From positions 416,001-480,000 of the forward strand of contig OZ244958.1 of the NCBI GenBank assembly GCA_965222575.1: a DNA stretch of 64,000 nucleotides. The letters run 5' to 3'. Under the pieces are notes generated by a model, which was not told where the DNA came from, ran no database searches, and saw only the letters and a program-made list of their open reading frames with translations. Made by a program: the position numbers and the translations under genes. The stretch comes from Alphaproteobacteria bacterium (lineage in GTDB: Bacteria > Pseudomonadota > Alphaproteobacteria > G965222575). Shown here piece after piece: positions 30,440 to 43,889 of the stretch (the first letter of the stretch is position 1; each line of letters opens with the position of its first letter).

Positions 30440-31495
30440 ATGTTCATCCCTCCTCCAGCCATCATAGGAATCTTAGGAGGGGGGCAACTAGGAAAAATGC
30501 TCGCCATGGAAGCAGCACGCCTAGGGTATCAAACACATGTCTATGACCCTTCAAAAGACTCCCCTGCTAAACAAGTCGCCACCTATAAGACAACAGCCCC
30601 CTTCGAGGATACAAAAGCCCTACAACAATTCGCCCAAACCGTTGCAGTAGCAACAGTAGAGTTTGAAAATATTCCCCTCAAAACCCTTGAGACAGTGGAA
30701 GCCATAGGGTCTCTTTTTCCTTCCTCCTTTGCCATTGCAGTCTGCCAAGACCGCTTGCGCGAAAAAGCCTTCCTACAGAAACTTGGTATCACCACTCCTC
30801 CTTGGTGCGCTTTAGAAAAGGAAAAAGAAGACAGACTTCAGGACTTCTCTTATCCCGCCTATCTGAAAACCGCACAAGGAGGATACAATGGAAAAGCCCA
30901 AGCACTTGTGCGCTCGAAAAAGGAAGCCTTAGCAATATGGGAAACATGGGGGAAGCCCCGTTGCATTCTGGAGGAAAAAATCCTCTTCTCAAAAGAAATG
31001 GCTTCTGTGATAGGAGTCGGTTGCGGAGAGACTCTCCTATACCCCCTCACAGAGACCCTTCACCAAGAGGGAATCCTGCATAAAGCTTTTGTCCCCTCCA
31101 CCTTACCAGCAACAGCACAACAACAAGCCTATGACATCACCCATCGTATCGTCAAAGCCTTGTCCTATCAAGGGGTTTTAGCAGTAGAATTGTTCTATCT
31201 GAAAGGGGAAGTTCTCGTCAATGAACTAGCACCACGGGTACACAACAGCGCCCACTGGACATGGGAAGGGGCCATAACAAGTCAGTTCGAACAACACATC
31301 AGAGCCATTTGCGGCTTACCACTAGGGGATATCCATCTGTTAGGAGAAGCGGTAGAAATGACCAATCTCCTCGGAAAAATGGACGGCAGAACTTATCTGA
31401 AAGACCCTTATACCTCTGTTCACCTCTATGGCAAAAAGGACGTGAAGGCTAAGAGAAAAATGGGACATGTGACAACAATTAAACCTAGACAATAA
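30440..31495 (+). CDS. purK: N5-CAIR synthetase
   Basis: GILGGGQLG, EFEN, NELAPRVHNS, SQFEQH, RKMGH. Confidence 0.96.
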   Translation: MFIPPPAIIGILGGGQLGKMLAMEAARLGYQTHVYDPSKDSPAKQVATYKTTAPFEDTKALQQFAQTVAVATVEFENIPLKTLETVEAIGSLFPSSFAIAVCQDRLREKAFLQKLGITTPPWCALEKEKEDRLQDFSYPAYLKTAQGGYNGKAQALVRSKKEALAIWETWGKPRCILEEKILFSKEMASVIGVGCGETLLYPLTETLHQEGILHKAFVPSTLPATAQQQAYDITHRIVKALSYQGVLAVELFYLKGEVLVNELAPRVHNSAHWTWEGAITSQFEQHIRAICGLPLGDIHLLGEAVEMTNLLGKMDGRTYLKDPYTSVHLYGKKDVKAKRKMGHVTTIKPRQ

Positions 31496-31514
31496 AACGA
31501 CTCACACAAAAGAG

Positions 31515-32693
31515 ATGGCACAAGAAAAACTCTTTACAAAAACACGTGTCTCCTTAGGAGAGGCAGAAAAGAAACAATGGTTACGGCTCGTACGTAGTAA
31601 AAACATAGGGTCTAAAACACTTTGGCGCCTGTTAGAGGGATATAAAACAGCCTCTACGGTGATAGAGCAATTGCCTTTTTTATCCTCTAGCGGAGAAAGG
31701 GGATTTGGAAGAAATGTGATGCTAGCCTCTGAAGCTAGTATAGAAAAAGAGTGGAAAGCAGGCAAAAAGAACGGGGTGAAATTTTTAGCAGCATGCGAGC
31801 CTGACTATCCTCCTGCTTTAGCGTCAATTGAGGATGCACCGGGTGTCCTGTGCGTCTTAGGCAATCTCTCAGTTTTTCTCAAACACTCCATCAGTATCGT
31901 TGGCAGTCGTAACGCCTCTTTGCCCGGTCGTCATATGGCTAGAAGAATCGCTGCCGACCTTGCAGAGGAAAACTTCGTAATAACCTCAGGTCTAGCCTTA
32001 GGAATTGACACAGAAGCGCACAGAGGAGCGCTGGAAAAGGGAACCATAGGAGTATTAGCAGGAGGAGTAGATGTGGTCTATCCCCCGCAGAATAAAGACC
32101 TGTACCAAGATATCTTACGCCATGGAGGTACCATGGTGTCAGAAAATCCTTTAGGCACAAAACCGCTTCACCGTGCCTTTCCCACAAGAAACCGTATCAT
32201 CGCCGCTCTATCCTTAGCGACCGTTGTTGTGGAAGCGCAAAAGAAATCAGGCTCTATCATCACAGCAGAAAGAGCAGGACATTACGGCCGTCTTGTGGGC
32301 GCCGTGCCGGGATTCCCCTTAGAACCAAGAGCTTCCGGAACAAACACACTCTTAAAAGATGGCGCGCTGCTAGTGGAATCAGCACAAGACATCCTACAAG
32401 AACTCTCCTATGATAAACACGACCTCAGCGTATACGAAAAAGAAGAAACCACTCCCACTCCTCCCACCTTTACGCCCCCACCACCCCCTCAAGAACAAAC
32501 AATACAGGAAATGGAACAGGAAGTATTAGGGCTATTGTCCATAGGCGTAGAAACCTCTGTAGACGAACTCATTGAACAACTGAAAGCGGAAACTGCTGTA
32601 CTGCAAATCGCCGTGGCGCGACTAGAAATCGGCGGCAGAATCGAAAACAGACCCGGCAACAAAATCCTCCTCATCCCAAGACAAGCCACTTAA
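31515..32693 (+). CDS. dprA: DNA-processing protein DprA
   Basis: IVGSR, SGLALGID..AH, FP.RNRII, EA..KSGS.ITA. Confidence 0.95.
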   Translation: MAQEKLFTKTRVSLGEAEKKQWLRLVRSKNIGSKTLWRLLEGYKTASTVIEQLPFLSSSGERGFGRNVMLASEASIEKEWKAGKKNGVKFLAACEPDYPPALASIEDAPGVLCVLGNLSVFLKHSISIVGSRNASLPGRHMARRIAADLAEENFVITSGLALGIDTEAHRGALEKGTIGVLAGGVDVVYPPQNKDLYQDILRHGGTMVSENPLGTKPLHRAFPTRNRIIAALSLATVVVEAQKKSGSIITAERAGHYGRLVGAVPGFPLEPRASGTNTLLKDGALLVESAQDILQELSYDKHDLSVYEKEETTPTPPTFTPPPPPQEQTIQEMEQEVLGLLSIGVETSVDELIEQLKAETAVLQIAVARLEIGGRIENRPGNKILLIPRQAT

Positions 32694-32790
32694 AAAAAAC
32701 CCCACCTCTTTGTACCGCTACTCCGATACAGACCCCCCCCCAACACTACTCTATTTTCTAGGGCAGTGCCTAGTAATCAAAGAAGGAAAA

Positions 32791-33495
32791 CTACCGACGC
32801 TGCCCTAGAAAATAGAGCAAAAACTGAAACAGGTTAATAAAGTCCAAATACAAAGCCACAGCCCCCATGACAGCACTCTTTTCCATGATGGCTTCAGATG
32901 CCCCCTGACTCCTTAAAAAAGTGGTCTTAATCTTTTGCGTGTCATAAGCGGTAAGCAATGTGAAAATCACCACGCCAATTAAGGAAATTAGAAATTGAAG
33001 CCCTGTAGATTGAAGAAAGAAATTCACAATCATTGCAATAATCACCCCAAAAAGCCCCATGATTAAAAATGATCCCATTCTCTCTAAAGAAGACTTCGTC
33101 GTATAACCCCAAAGACTCATGGCCCCAAAAGTCCCCGCCGTAATCAACAAAACCCGCACAACACTCCCTAGCTCATAAACTAAGAAAATCGTCGATAAAG
33201 AAACCCCTATACTCGCCGTAAAAGCCCAATAAAGACCCTGAACCGTCTTGACAGAAAATCGATTTATGCCAAAACTTAACGCAAAAATTAATCCTAAAGA
33301 GAGAAAAGTAAAAACCCACACCAACCCTAATAAAGCAGGATTGCCTACAATGGCTTTCATCATCACACCAGCCACAGCCCCAGAAAGACATAATCCCGCC
33401 GCCATATAATTATAAACCCGTAACATATAAGACCTAAGCGCTTCATTATAACCCGCAAGCGCTGCAGAAGCAGAGTGTAAGTGTTCAGTAGACAT
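32791..33495 (-). CDS. Bax inhibitor-1/YccA family membrane protein
   Basis: LRSYMLRVYNYM, GYTTK, AYDTQKIK, ALYLDFINLF. Confidence 0.92.
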   Translation of the reverse strand: MSTEHLHSASAALAGYNEALRSYMLRVYNYMAAGLCLSGAVAGVMMKAIVGNPALLGLVWVFTFLSLGLIFALSFGINRFSVKTVQGLYWAFTASIGVSLSTIFLVYELGSVVRVLLITAGTFGAMSLWGYTTKSSLERMGSFLIMGLFGVIIAMIVNFFLQSTGLQFLISLIGVVIFTLLTAYDTQKIKTTFLRSQGASEAIMEKSAVMGAVALYLDFINLFQFLLYFLGQRR

Positions 33496-33652
33496 AAGCT
33501 ATACCTATATTCATGAATGGATAGGGTTAGTATAAAGCAAAACCCTGAAAAGTTTCTAAAAATTATAGACTATTGAAAGGAATTTTGTCAAGATTTCTTT
33601 TGTTAGGAACAATTTTTTTCTGAGGCATAAATTGGAAGGGCTTGGTGGTAAG

Positions 33653-35506
33653 ATGAGCATTGCGGAAGTCATTGTAATAGGAGGGGGTCATAGTGGGTGC
33701 GAGGCCGCAGCGGCTAGTGTCCGTCTAGGCGTTAAAACAACCCTCGTGACACAGAAACTAGAAAGTATCGGCACCCTCTCCTGTAATCCCGCTGTAGGCG
33801 GTATAGGGAAAGGACATTTAGTGCGAGAAGTTGATGCCCTAGACGGCTTAATAGGGCGAATAGCTGATACATCCGCCTTACAATTTCGTCTACTCAATCG
33901 CCGCAAAGGACCTGCTGTACAAGGACCGCGCGTACAGGTAGACAGAAAACTCTACAAGCAAGCCATGCAAAAGGAACTAAGACGCCTGAAAAACTTGCAT
34001 CTGGTAAACGGAGAAGTGGTAGACCTCCTTGTACAAGGTAACACCATCAAGGGGGTTCTTTTATCCTCAGGGCGCACACTGTACGCCCCTTGCGTCGTGC
34101 TAACAACAGGCACCTTTCTACGCGGCATGATTCATATAGGGAATCAAAAAAAACCCGCCGGGCGGAGCGGGGAAAACGCTGCAAACGCCCTAGGAGAACG
34201 ACTAGAAGCAAGAGGACTACCAACAGGACGCCTGAAAACAGGCACTCCACCACGCCTGTGCGCTCACTCCATTAACTGGAAAACCTTGTGCCCACAACCC
34301 GGCGACCCAAACCCCGTCTGCCTCTCCTTCCTCTCTGTGCAAAACAAAAAACAACAAAAACCTTGCTACCTCACAGCTACAAACCACAAAACCCACAAAA
34401 TTATTAAAGATAATCTCAAAGCCTCCGCCCTATACAGCGGACAAATCAGCTCAGTCGGCCCCCGCTATTGCCCCTCCTTAGAAGACAAAATTGTAAAATT
34501 CGCACACCAAAAAACACACCAGATTTTCCTAGAACCAGAAGGATGGGATAGTAACGTCATATACCCCAATGGCCTCTCTAACTCCTTACCCGAAGCCATA
34601 CAACACACCTTCCTCACCACCATTACAGGCCTCGAACAAGTGAAAGTCCTACAATGGGGATACGCCATAGAATACGACTATATGGACCCAAGAGCCTTAA
34701 AACCTTCTTTGGAAAGCAAAGCCTTTGAAGGCCTATTCCTAGCAGGGCAAATCAACGGCACAACAGGATACGAAGAAGCCGCCGCTCAAGGACTCATAGC
34801 CGGTATGAATGGCGCCCTAAAAGCCAAAGGAGACCCCCCCGTGATACTCACCAGAGCCCATGGCTATAGCGGCGTCATGGTTGATGACCTAACCCTAAAG
34901 GGCGTCACGGAACCTTACCGTATGTTTACCTCGCGGGCAGAATACCGCCTCTCTCACCGATGGGATAACGCCGATACGCGCCTCACCCCCCTAGGACTAT
35001 CAATGGGACTCATAGGCGAAAAACGACAGAAAGCCTTTGAAGAAAAAACCGCACGGCTCAAAACAGCCCGCACCCTCCTCAATAATTGCTTCCTAACCCC
35101 TAAAGAAAGCGCAAAGGCAGGATTGCCATGTCAACAGGATGGCAGGAGGCGTAATGCCTTTGAACTCCTATGCCACACCCCTTGGGAAGACTTGGAAAAA
35201 ATTTGGCCAGCCCTCAAAACCCTCCACAAAGACTGCCGCTCCCAACTGGAAATTGACGCCCATTACGCCCCCTACCTCAGGCGCCAAGAAACCGCCATCG
35301 CCTCCCTCAAACGCGAGGAAGCCCTCACCATCCCCAAAAACCTCGCTTACCACACCATCCCCGGCTTATCCAACGAAATGAAAGAAAAACTTTCCCAGTT
35401 CAAACCCCTTACCCTAGGACAAGCCAGCCGTATGAGCGGCATGACTCCGGCTGCAGTCGCTCTCTTGCTCTGCGTCATTAAAAAACACAAACCGCCCTTG
35501 TCATGA
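33653..35506 (+). CDS. mnmG: tRNA U34 carboxymethylaminomethyl modification enzyme MnmG
   Basis: [52 protein letters not shown]. Confidence 0.97.
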   Translation: MSIAEVIVIGGGHSGCEAAAASVRLGVKTTLVTQKLESIGTLSCNPAVGGIGKGHLVREVDALDGLIGRIADTSALQFRLLNRRKGPAVQGPRVQVDRKLYKQAMQKELRRLKNLHLVNGEVVDLLVQGNTIKGVLLSSGRTLYAPCVVLTTGTFLRGMIHIGNQKKPAGRSGENAANALGERLEARGLPTGRLKTGTPPRLCAHSINWKTLCPQPGDPNPVCLSFLSVQNKKQQKPCYLTATNHKTHKIIKDNLKASALYSGQISSVGPRYCPSLEDKIVKFAHQKTHQIFLEPEGWDSNVIYPNGLSNSLPEAIQHTFLTTITGLEQVKVLQWGYAIEYDYMDPRALKPSLESKAFEGLFLAGQINGTTGYEEAAAQGLIAGMNGALKAKGDPPVILTRAHGYSGVMVDDLTLKGVTEPYRMFTSRAEYRLSHRWDNADTRLTPLGLSMGLIGEKRQKAFEEKTARLKTARTLLNNCFLTPKESAKAGLPCQQDGRRRNAFELLCHTPWEDLEKIWPALKTLHKDCRSQLEIDAHYAPYLRRQETAIASLKREEALTIPKNLAYHTIPGLSNEMKEKLSQFKPLTLGQASRMSGMTPAAVALLLCVIKKHKPPLS

Positions 35507-36141
35507 AAGACACAACCGTTAGTAAAAACTGGTTCACAAGTCGCGGCGTGCCTAGACAGGGCATCCCTAAAATTTTACTCAGTGTTTCACATGAAACGCT
35601 TACAAAGCTTGAAGCCTATGTAGAAATGGTAAAAAAATGGAACAAAGCCGTAAAGTTAGTAGGACAAAACGATTACCACATTCTTTGGCCACGCCATGTT
35701 TGCGATAGCGCTTTATTATTAGAAGGCTTGTCTCATTATCCAAAAAAATGGCTGGACTTAGGGAGCGGCGGCGGATTTCCCGGACTCGTCTTAGCAATCC
35801 TAGGCGTGGAAAATATGCACTTAGTAGAACGAAACAGCAAAAAATCTTGCTTCCTCAAGGAGGCTGTACGACAACTGGGTCTTGCCGCTACCGTCCACCA
35901 CAACAGAGTGGAACAACTCACTCATTTAGGCACTTTCCCCTTCATATCAGCTAGAGGAATGGGCAAACTTCATGACCTCCTTCCTTTAATAACTCCTTTT
36001 ATGAACTCCGATACCATTGCCCTTATCCCTTCCGCCCGAAAGATACAACCCCAAAAGTTTGCGCCGTTCAAAATTTCCTCTATTCCCTCTCCTCTTTATC
36101 GCCACCATGTGATTCTGAAAATCAAACGCACCTCTTCTTAA
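35503..36141 (+). CDS. rsmG: 16S rRNA m7G527 methyltransferase
   Basis: [15 protein letters not shown], directly after mnmG. Confidence 0.92.
   Translation: MKDTTVSKNWFTSRGVPRQGIPKILLSVSHETLTKLEAYVEMVKKWNKAVKLVGQNDYHILWPRHVCDSALLLEGLSHYPKKWLDLGSGGGFPGLVLAILGVENMHLVERNSKKSCFLKEAVRQLGLAATVHHNRVEQLTHLGTFPFISARGMGKLHDLLPLITPFMNSDTIALIPSARKIQPQKFAPFKISSIPSPLYRHHVILKIKRTSS
35583..35598. promoter_or_regulatory. parS centromere site within rsmG
   Basis: TGTTTCACATGAAACG, near the parS consensus; encodes VSHET at the position where alphaproteobacterial RsmG often has VSRET. Confidence 0.8.
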
Positions 36142-36211
36142 CCCCTTTGACCTAAAATCAAATTGTAAAAATGACTTCAGCACACCTATCATTAAGCAGG
36201 AAGGGAACGGT

Positions 36212-37060
36212 ATGAAAAAAAAGAAAACCTCTAGAACATCTTCTAATTTTTCAACAGACCAAAGACAAGAAGAGTTCATAGTCAAAAAACTGCCGCTTCA
36301 CAGTTTAGAGGCCAACACTTATCAGCCAAGAGAACATTGGGATGAAGAGGCGCTAGATGCTCTTGCGGGGTCTTTGAAAAAGAGCGGCGTTTTGCAACCG
36401 ATTTTGGTGCGCCCCCTTGGAGACGAAAGATATCAGATTATAGCCGGAGAGCGGCGTTGGAGGGCAGCAACACAGGCGGGACTCTCTCATATTACTGCTG
36501 TGATACAGTCCTGTACAGAAAGAGAGTCCTTAGAGAAAGCGCTGTTGGAAAATCTACAAAGAGAGAATCTCAAAGCCCTTGAGGAGGCAACGGCTTATCA
36601 ACTGCTCAAAGAGGAATTCCTTTTATCTCCCAACGATATTGCCGAAGTCATAGGAAAAAGCCGTAGTTATGTGGTCAACACCATACGGCTCCTATCTCTG
36701 CCTCAAGAGATTAAAAATTGGTTAAATGAAGGGCTTTTATCCCCGGGAGGTGCTAGGGCTTTACTGAAGGCAGAATCCCCCTTGGACATTGCGAAAAAAG
36801 CCATCAAATGGAAGATGACCGTACGACAAATAGAAAACATGGTCAAAGCAGAAAAACACAGACTGCCCTTTCTGAACCGTTTGCTCATCTCCAAGACAGA
36901 ACAAGCCTTTATCACCTCCATAGCCCAATCCCTCAAAACCTCTGTCCGCATCACACTTCAAGGGAGAAATCGTTATCTCGTCATTACCTTAAATCAACAG
37001 GATATACTACAGCAGTTGAAAACCCTTCTGGAGAAAAATGCAAAGAAAAAAATGCCGTAG
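36212..37060 (+). CDS. parB: Chromosome partitioning protein ParB
   Basis: QPR, GVLQPILVR, IIAGERRWRA, ENLQRE.L, HTH GKSRSYV.N..RLL. Confidence 0.95.
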   Translation: MKKKKTSRTSSNFSTDQRQEEFIVKKLPLHSLEANTYQPREHWDEEALDALAGSLKKSGVLQPILVRPLGDERYQIIAGERRWRAATQAGLSHITAVIQSCTERESLEKALLENLQRENLKALEEATAYQLLKEEFLLSPNDIAEVIGKSRSYVVNTIRLLSLPQEIKNWLNEGLLSPGGARALLKAESPLDIAKKAIKWKMTVRQIENMVKAEKHRLPFLNRLLISKTEQAFITSIAQSLKTSVRITLQGRNRYLVITLNQQDILQQLKTLLEKNAKKKMP

Positions 37061-37147
37061 CCCTTCAAGCTTTGCTGAGAAAATTGAAATTGCCACCCCG
37101 TTTTGTTACTATTTTTCATATCAATAGCGCAATGAACAGTTGAAACA

Positions 37148-37855
37148 GTGAAAAAAGACACACAGGCGGGGTATATTCACTCTCTTTTTTCCTCTGTAGC
37201 ACCCTGTTATGATGTGATGAATGACGCCATGTCTTTGGGGTTACACCGGCTTTGGAAAAAAAGATTGGTAGAAAAGGCAGCCCCTTTATCAACGGAGACC
37301 TTTTTAGACCTAGCAGGCGGTACTGGTGATGTTGCCATCAGCCTAAGCGGTCTTTGTCAGAGGGTACTGGTTGTGGATTCCTGTCAACAGATGGTACAAG
37401 AGGGGAAAAAGACGCAATGGGATAAAGGGTGCGGCGGTCAGATAGAGTGGATTGTGGGGACAGCGGAAGCTTTACCCTTGAGAACGCGTAGCGTGGAGGC
37501 TTGCGTGATGTCTTTTGGCTTGCGTAATGTGGAGTGTCGCCAAAAGACCTATGGTGAAATCTTGCGTATCTTAAAGCCCGGCGGGCGGTTCTTTTGCTTA
37601 GAATTTTCCCCTGTTGACACCACAACGCCTTTCGGTACGCTTTATCACCTCTGGGGGAAGACGGTCATTCCTTTCTTAGGACAAAGTATTGCTAACAATG
37701 AAGACGCTTATAGATATCTTGTGAAGAGCATTGCTCTTTTTCCTCCTCCTTGTGTGATTGCTGAGGAGTTACGAAAAGCCTCCTTTGAGGCGGTGGAGTA
37801 TGAGAGTATGGCTGGGGGGATTGTTAATCTCCACAGCGGAACGAAAAAACCATGA
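37148..37855 (+). CDS. ubiE: Ubiquinone/menaquinone C-methyltransferase
   Basis: YDVMNDAMSLGLHRLWK, LDLAGGTGD, FGLRNV, LKPGG...CLEFS. Confidence 0.95.
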   Translation: MKKDTQAGYIHSLFSSVAPCYDVMNDAMSLGLHRLWKKRLVEKAAPLSTETFLDLAGGTGDVAISLSGLCQRVLVVDSCQQMVQEGKKTQWDKGCGGQIEWIVGTAEALPLRTRSVEACVMSFGLRNVECRQKTYGEILRILKPGGRFFCLEFSPVDTTTPFGTLYHLWGKTVIPFLGQSIANNEDAYRYLVKSIALFPPPCVIAEELRKASFEAVEYESMAGGIVNLHSGTKKP

Positions 37856-39234
37856 TAGGACGCAGTTTCAAAGTCGGGTGGGGACTCCTTTGTTTAGGCC
37901 TATGGACTCTGGGACAAAAAAAGGGGGAACGCTTGTGTAAAATTTTAGAAAGCTTGGGGCCTTCCTTCATTAAAATTGGACAATTCTTAGCGGCTAGACC
38001 TGACCTCATTGGACAAGACCTTGCTCAAAGCTTAGGAAAATTACGGGATGATGTCACCTCTATCAAGAGAGAAAAAATTCTCAACATCATACAAAAAGAC
38101 TTTAAGCAGCCTTGGTACGCACTCTTTGATACCATGGAAAAAGACAGTAAGACTGCCTCTGTGGCCCAAGTGCATTTCGCTACAAAGGACAACAGAAAAC
38201 TTGCCGTGAAAGTCTTAAGACCAGAGATAAAAAATGCAATGCTCATGGATTTGCAGCTATGCTACCGCCTTGTTTCCCTCTTGGAAAAAGTCCGACCCTC
38301 TCTTAAACAACTCAATCTCAAAGGCATCATTAAAGTCATCCGCAGTTCCTTGCTCATGGAAACGGATATGCGTATAGAAGCCGCTGGTATGGAAGAATTT
38401 CGTGATAATTTCCTCAAAGATAAAGACATAGAAGTGCCAACCGTAGACTGGAAACGTACAAAAAAACACTGTTTGACAATGGAACACCTCTCTTTCATTC
38501 CTCTTGAGAGAAAACAACTCCTCCATAAAGGCATAGATGTGGAAACACTAAGCCAACGCCTCGTAGCAATCCTCTTAAAGGGAGCCTTAAGAGACGGCTT
38601 CTTCCACGGCGATTTTCACCAAGGCAATGTTGGACTGAACCCTAAAACCGGACGATTAATCATCCTAGACTTCGGTATCATGGGACGCTTAGAGGAAAAG
38701 GTACGATTTTTTTTGATTCATGTCCTAGAGGCCTTCCTCAAGCGCCAATATCAACAAGTCGCCCACCTCCACAGAAAAATCGGCTACACCCCAAAAGAGT
38801 GTAACGACGCAGACTTCGCTCAAGCCTGCCGCGGCATCGGCTCCACCATCTTAGACCAACCCTCTCACAAAATTTCCCTCGGCGCTCTTCTCCTGCAACT
38901 CTTCTCCGTAAGCCAACAATTCAACATGACCATACAACCACACCTCTTCCTACTCCAAAAAACCCTGATAGCCGTAGAAGGACTCGCCTACCAACTCAAC
39001 CCAAAAGTCAACCTATGGGAAACCTCAAGAAATACCATCTCACAACTCAAAAATACAACTCATCACCCCAAAGCCCTCCTCAAAAGACGTAGCGATTTCT
39101 TAACAGATATGCTATATCTCTTGCCTGAAACCCTAAAAAAATTAGAACGTACACCCCCTCCCCAATCCTTCCCTTGGGCACTCGTCATAAGCTCCTTAGG
39201 GATAGGGCTCTTATTAGGATACTTCTTACTATAG
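37852..39234 (+). CDS. ubiB: Ubiquinone biosynthesis kinase-like protein UbiB
   Basis: LGPSFIKIGQ, ASVAQVH, AVKVLRP, FFHGDFHQGN, DFGIMGRL. Confidence 0.93.
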   Translation: MIGRSFKVGWGLLCLGLWTLGQKKGERLCKILESLGPSFIKIGQFLAARPDLIGQDLAQSLGKLRDDVTSIKREKILNIIQKDFKQPWYALFDTMEKDSKTASVAQVHFATKDNRKLAVKVLRPEIKNAMLMDLQLCYRLVSLLEKVRPSLKQLNLKGIIKVIRSSLLMETDMRIEAAGMEEFRDNFLKDKDIEVPTVDWKRTKKHCLTMEHLSFIPLERKQLLHKGIDVETLSQRLVAILLKGALRDGFFHGDFHQGNVGLNPKTGRLIILDFGIMGRLEEKVRFFLIHVLEAFLKRQYQQVAHLHRKIGYTPKECNDADFAQACRGIGSTILDQPSHKISLGALLLQLFSVSQQFNMTIQPHLFLLQKTLIAVEGLAYQLNPKVNLWETSRNTISQLKNTTHHPKALLKRRSDFLTDMLYLLPETLKKLERTPPPQSFPWALVISSLGIGLLLGYFLL

Positions 39235-39318
39235 ATTGTGCTGAAAGAGGTTGTCAATGCTCACAAAAAACCCTAACATAACAGAAACGTAATCCGCAAA
39301 ACAAAAAAGGGCATAAGA

Positions 39319-41666
<2,348 letters not shown>

Positions 41667-42512
41667 ATGTTCTACTTTCTATCCTATGCTTCACTCTTGA
41701 AACCTAGAGTGATGATCTTGGTCGTCTTCACGGCACTACCAGGCATCACTTTATCGGGCGCAGGGCTAGGGGGCGGACAGACACTACTGATTCTCCTAAG
41801 CATTGCCTTAGGTGCAGGCGGCGCGGCAGCCTTTAATATGTGGTACGAAAAGGATAGTGATGCTAAAATGTCACGTACCTGTCAACGCCCCTTGCCAAAA
41901 GGCTCTATCAATAAAACCTCTGTGTTTTGGCTATCCCTTCTCCTAGCAATGACAGGAAGCCTTTTGCTCTGGTTTATCTCTAACATCTTAGCAGCCTCGC
42001 TACTGGCTTTAGCCATTATCATCTATGGGGGTCTCTATACCATGTGGCTGAAAAAACGTACCCCTCAAAACATTGTCATCGGCGGCTTAGCGGGCGCTTT
42101 ATCGCCCATCATAGGATGGGCCGCCGCCACTGGACATATCTCCCCTCTTGCCTTGACAATGGGAGGCATTATCTTTCTGTGGACGCCCCCTCACTTTTGG
42201 TCTCTAGCACTACAACTCAAAGACGACTATAGCGCCGCAAATATCCCCATGCTCCCCGTTGTCTCAGGGGAAGAAACCACAAGACGCTCAATCCTCCTTT
42301 ACACCCTCCTCCTCACCATGCTAGCACAAGCCCTCCTCTTCCTAGATGTGGGGGGCTTAAGATTTGCCGCATTGTCTGTCCTGCTCAATGCTCTATGCCT
42401 CCTTGCAGCTTGGCGCTTCTGGAAAACAAAACAAGGGGCTATGACCTTCTTCTCTTGGTCTATCTTCTACCTCTTTAGCCTCTTTGCTCTTTTACTATGG
42501 GAAAGCTTCTAA
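41667..42512 (+). CDS. ctaB: Protoheme IX farnesyltransferase
   Basis: LKPRVM, D..M.RT..RP, KKRTPQNIVIGG, WTPPHFW. Confidence 0.95.
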   Translation: MFYFLSYASLLKPRVMILVVFTALPGITLSGAGLGGGQTLLILLSIALGAGGAAAFNMWYEKDSDAKMSRTCQRPLPKGSINKTSVFWLSLLLAMTGSLLLWFISNILAASLLALAIIIYGGLYTMWLKKRTPQNIVIGGLAGALSPIIGWAAATGHISPLALTMGGIIFLWTPPHFWSLALQLKDDYSAANIPMLPVVSGEETTRRSILLYTLLLTMLAQALLFLDVGGLRFAALSVLLNALCLLAAWRFWKTKQGAMTFFSWSIFYLFSLFALLLWESF

Positions 42513-42513
42513 C

Positions 42514-43053
42514 ATGAACAAACCCCTCGCCACCGCCTTCCTCATAGGACTCTTCCCAGTCCTCATGTTCGCCTCAAGCTTCGGCTTCGTTCCTCTTTAT
42601 AACTATTTCTGTAAAGTCACAGGATACGGTGGTACAGTCCAAAAAGTGACTTCTCTTCCGCTTCCTAGCCCCAACACAACAGACACCATCACCGTACAAT
42701 TCCAAGGAACAATCGCTAAAGGACTACCTTGGACAGTTCGACCCTTGCAAAAACAACTCACCGTCCCCATGGGACAACCCTCAACCATCTGGTACGAAAT
42801 CCAAAACCTCTCCTCTCAAGACATAAACGGCATTGCAACCTTCAATATTACTCCTCAAAAAGCAGGAAGGTTCTTTTCAAAACTTGAGTGCTTCTGCTAT
42901 GATGAACAAACCTTGAAAGCTCAGGAAACAAAAAAACTCCCTGTAACCTTCGCCATCAACTCATCGGTAAGAGAGAAAAAAAATACCAAAGACCTTCAAC
43001 ATGTCACACTTTCTTATACCTTTTTTAAGACGGAAGATTTTTATAATGAATAG
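42514..43053 (+). CDS. ctaG: Cytochrome c oxidase assembly protein CtaG/Cox11
   Basis: VPLY..FC.VTGYGGT, ECFC, TLSYTFF. Confidence 0.94.
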   Translation: MNKPLATAFLIGLFPVLMFASSFGFVPLYNYFCKVTGYGGTVQKVTSLPLPSPNTTDTITVQFQGTIAKGLPWTVRPLQKQLTVPMGQPSTIWYEIQNLSSQDINGIATFNITPQKAGRFFSKLECFCYDEQTLKAQETKKLPVTFAINSSVREKKNTKDLQHVTLSYTFFKTEDFYNE

Positions 43054-43085
43054 GAAAAAAAAACCCGCTGTAAAGAGAAGGCTTA

Positions 43086-43874
43086 ATGGCATCACATGAC
43101 TATCATTTGGTAACCCCGAGCTGTTGGCCGCTTCTAAGTGGAATTGCAGCCTTCATCCTAGCCTTAGGAGCCCTTGTTTTTATGAAGTGGCAATTGTCTT
43201 GGCTGTTAATCGGAGGGGGGGGGGCTGTAGCGTATTGTGCCTTTATGTGGTGCCGCGATGTCATAGCGGAAGCACAAACTGAAGGGGTTCATACTTCCGT
43301 TGTACAGCTAGGCTTACGTTATGGCTTTATGTTATTTATTCTCTCTGAGATCATGTTTTTTGTCGCATGGTTTTGGTCTTTCTTCAATAGTGCACTGCTA
43401 CCCTTAGAAGCGACCAGCGCTTTCTGGCCACCAGAGGGCATTCAACCTATAGACCCTTTCGATTGGCCCTTAATTAATACACTCATTTTACTCCTCTCCG
43501 GCACCACTGTCACTTGGGCACACCATTGTTTATTAGAAAACAACCGCAAGGACTTTCTAAAAGGCCTCCTCTTGACCATCCTCTTAGGCGCCGCCTTCAC
43601 CGGCATACAACTATGGGAATACCTCCACGCCTCTTTCAAGTTTCAAGATGGCATTTATTCTTCAGTTTTTTATATGGCTACCGGTTTTCACGGCGCCCAT
43701 GTCATTGCGGGTACCGTGTTTTTAGGCGTCTGCTTCTTGCGCGCCTTGCGGGGGCATTTCACCCCCTCCCAACACTTCGGCTTTGAAGCCGCCGCTTGGT
43801 ATTGGCATTTTGTGGATGTCGTCTGGCTGTTTCTTTTCTTTATGATCTATATCTGGGGAAGCGGACATGCCTAA
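43086..43874 (+). CDS. coxC: Cytochrome c oxidase subunit III
   Basis: HDYHLV.PS.WP, FILSE.MFF, ATGFHG.HV, WYWHFVDVVW. Confidence 0.97.
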   Translation: MASHDYHLVTPSCWPLLSGIAAFILALGALVFMKWQLSWLLIGGGGAVAYCAFMWCRDVIAEAQTEGVHTSVVQLGLRYGFMLFILSEIMFFVAWFWSFFNSALLPLEATSAFWPPEGIQPIDPFDWPLINTLILLLSGTTVTWAHHCLLENNRKDFLKGLLLTILLGAAFTGIQLWEYLHASFKFQDGIYSSVFYMATGFHGAHVIAGTVFLGVCFLRALRGHFTPSQHFGFEAAAWYWHFVDVVWLFLFFMIYIWGSGHA

Positions 43875-43889
43875 AGCAAAAAAGACCCT

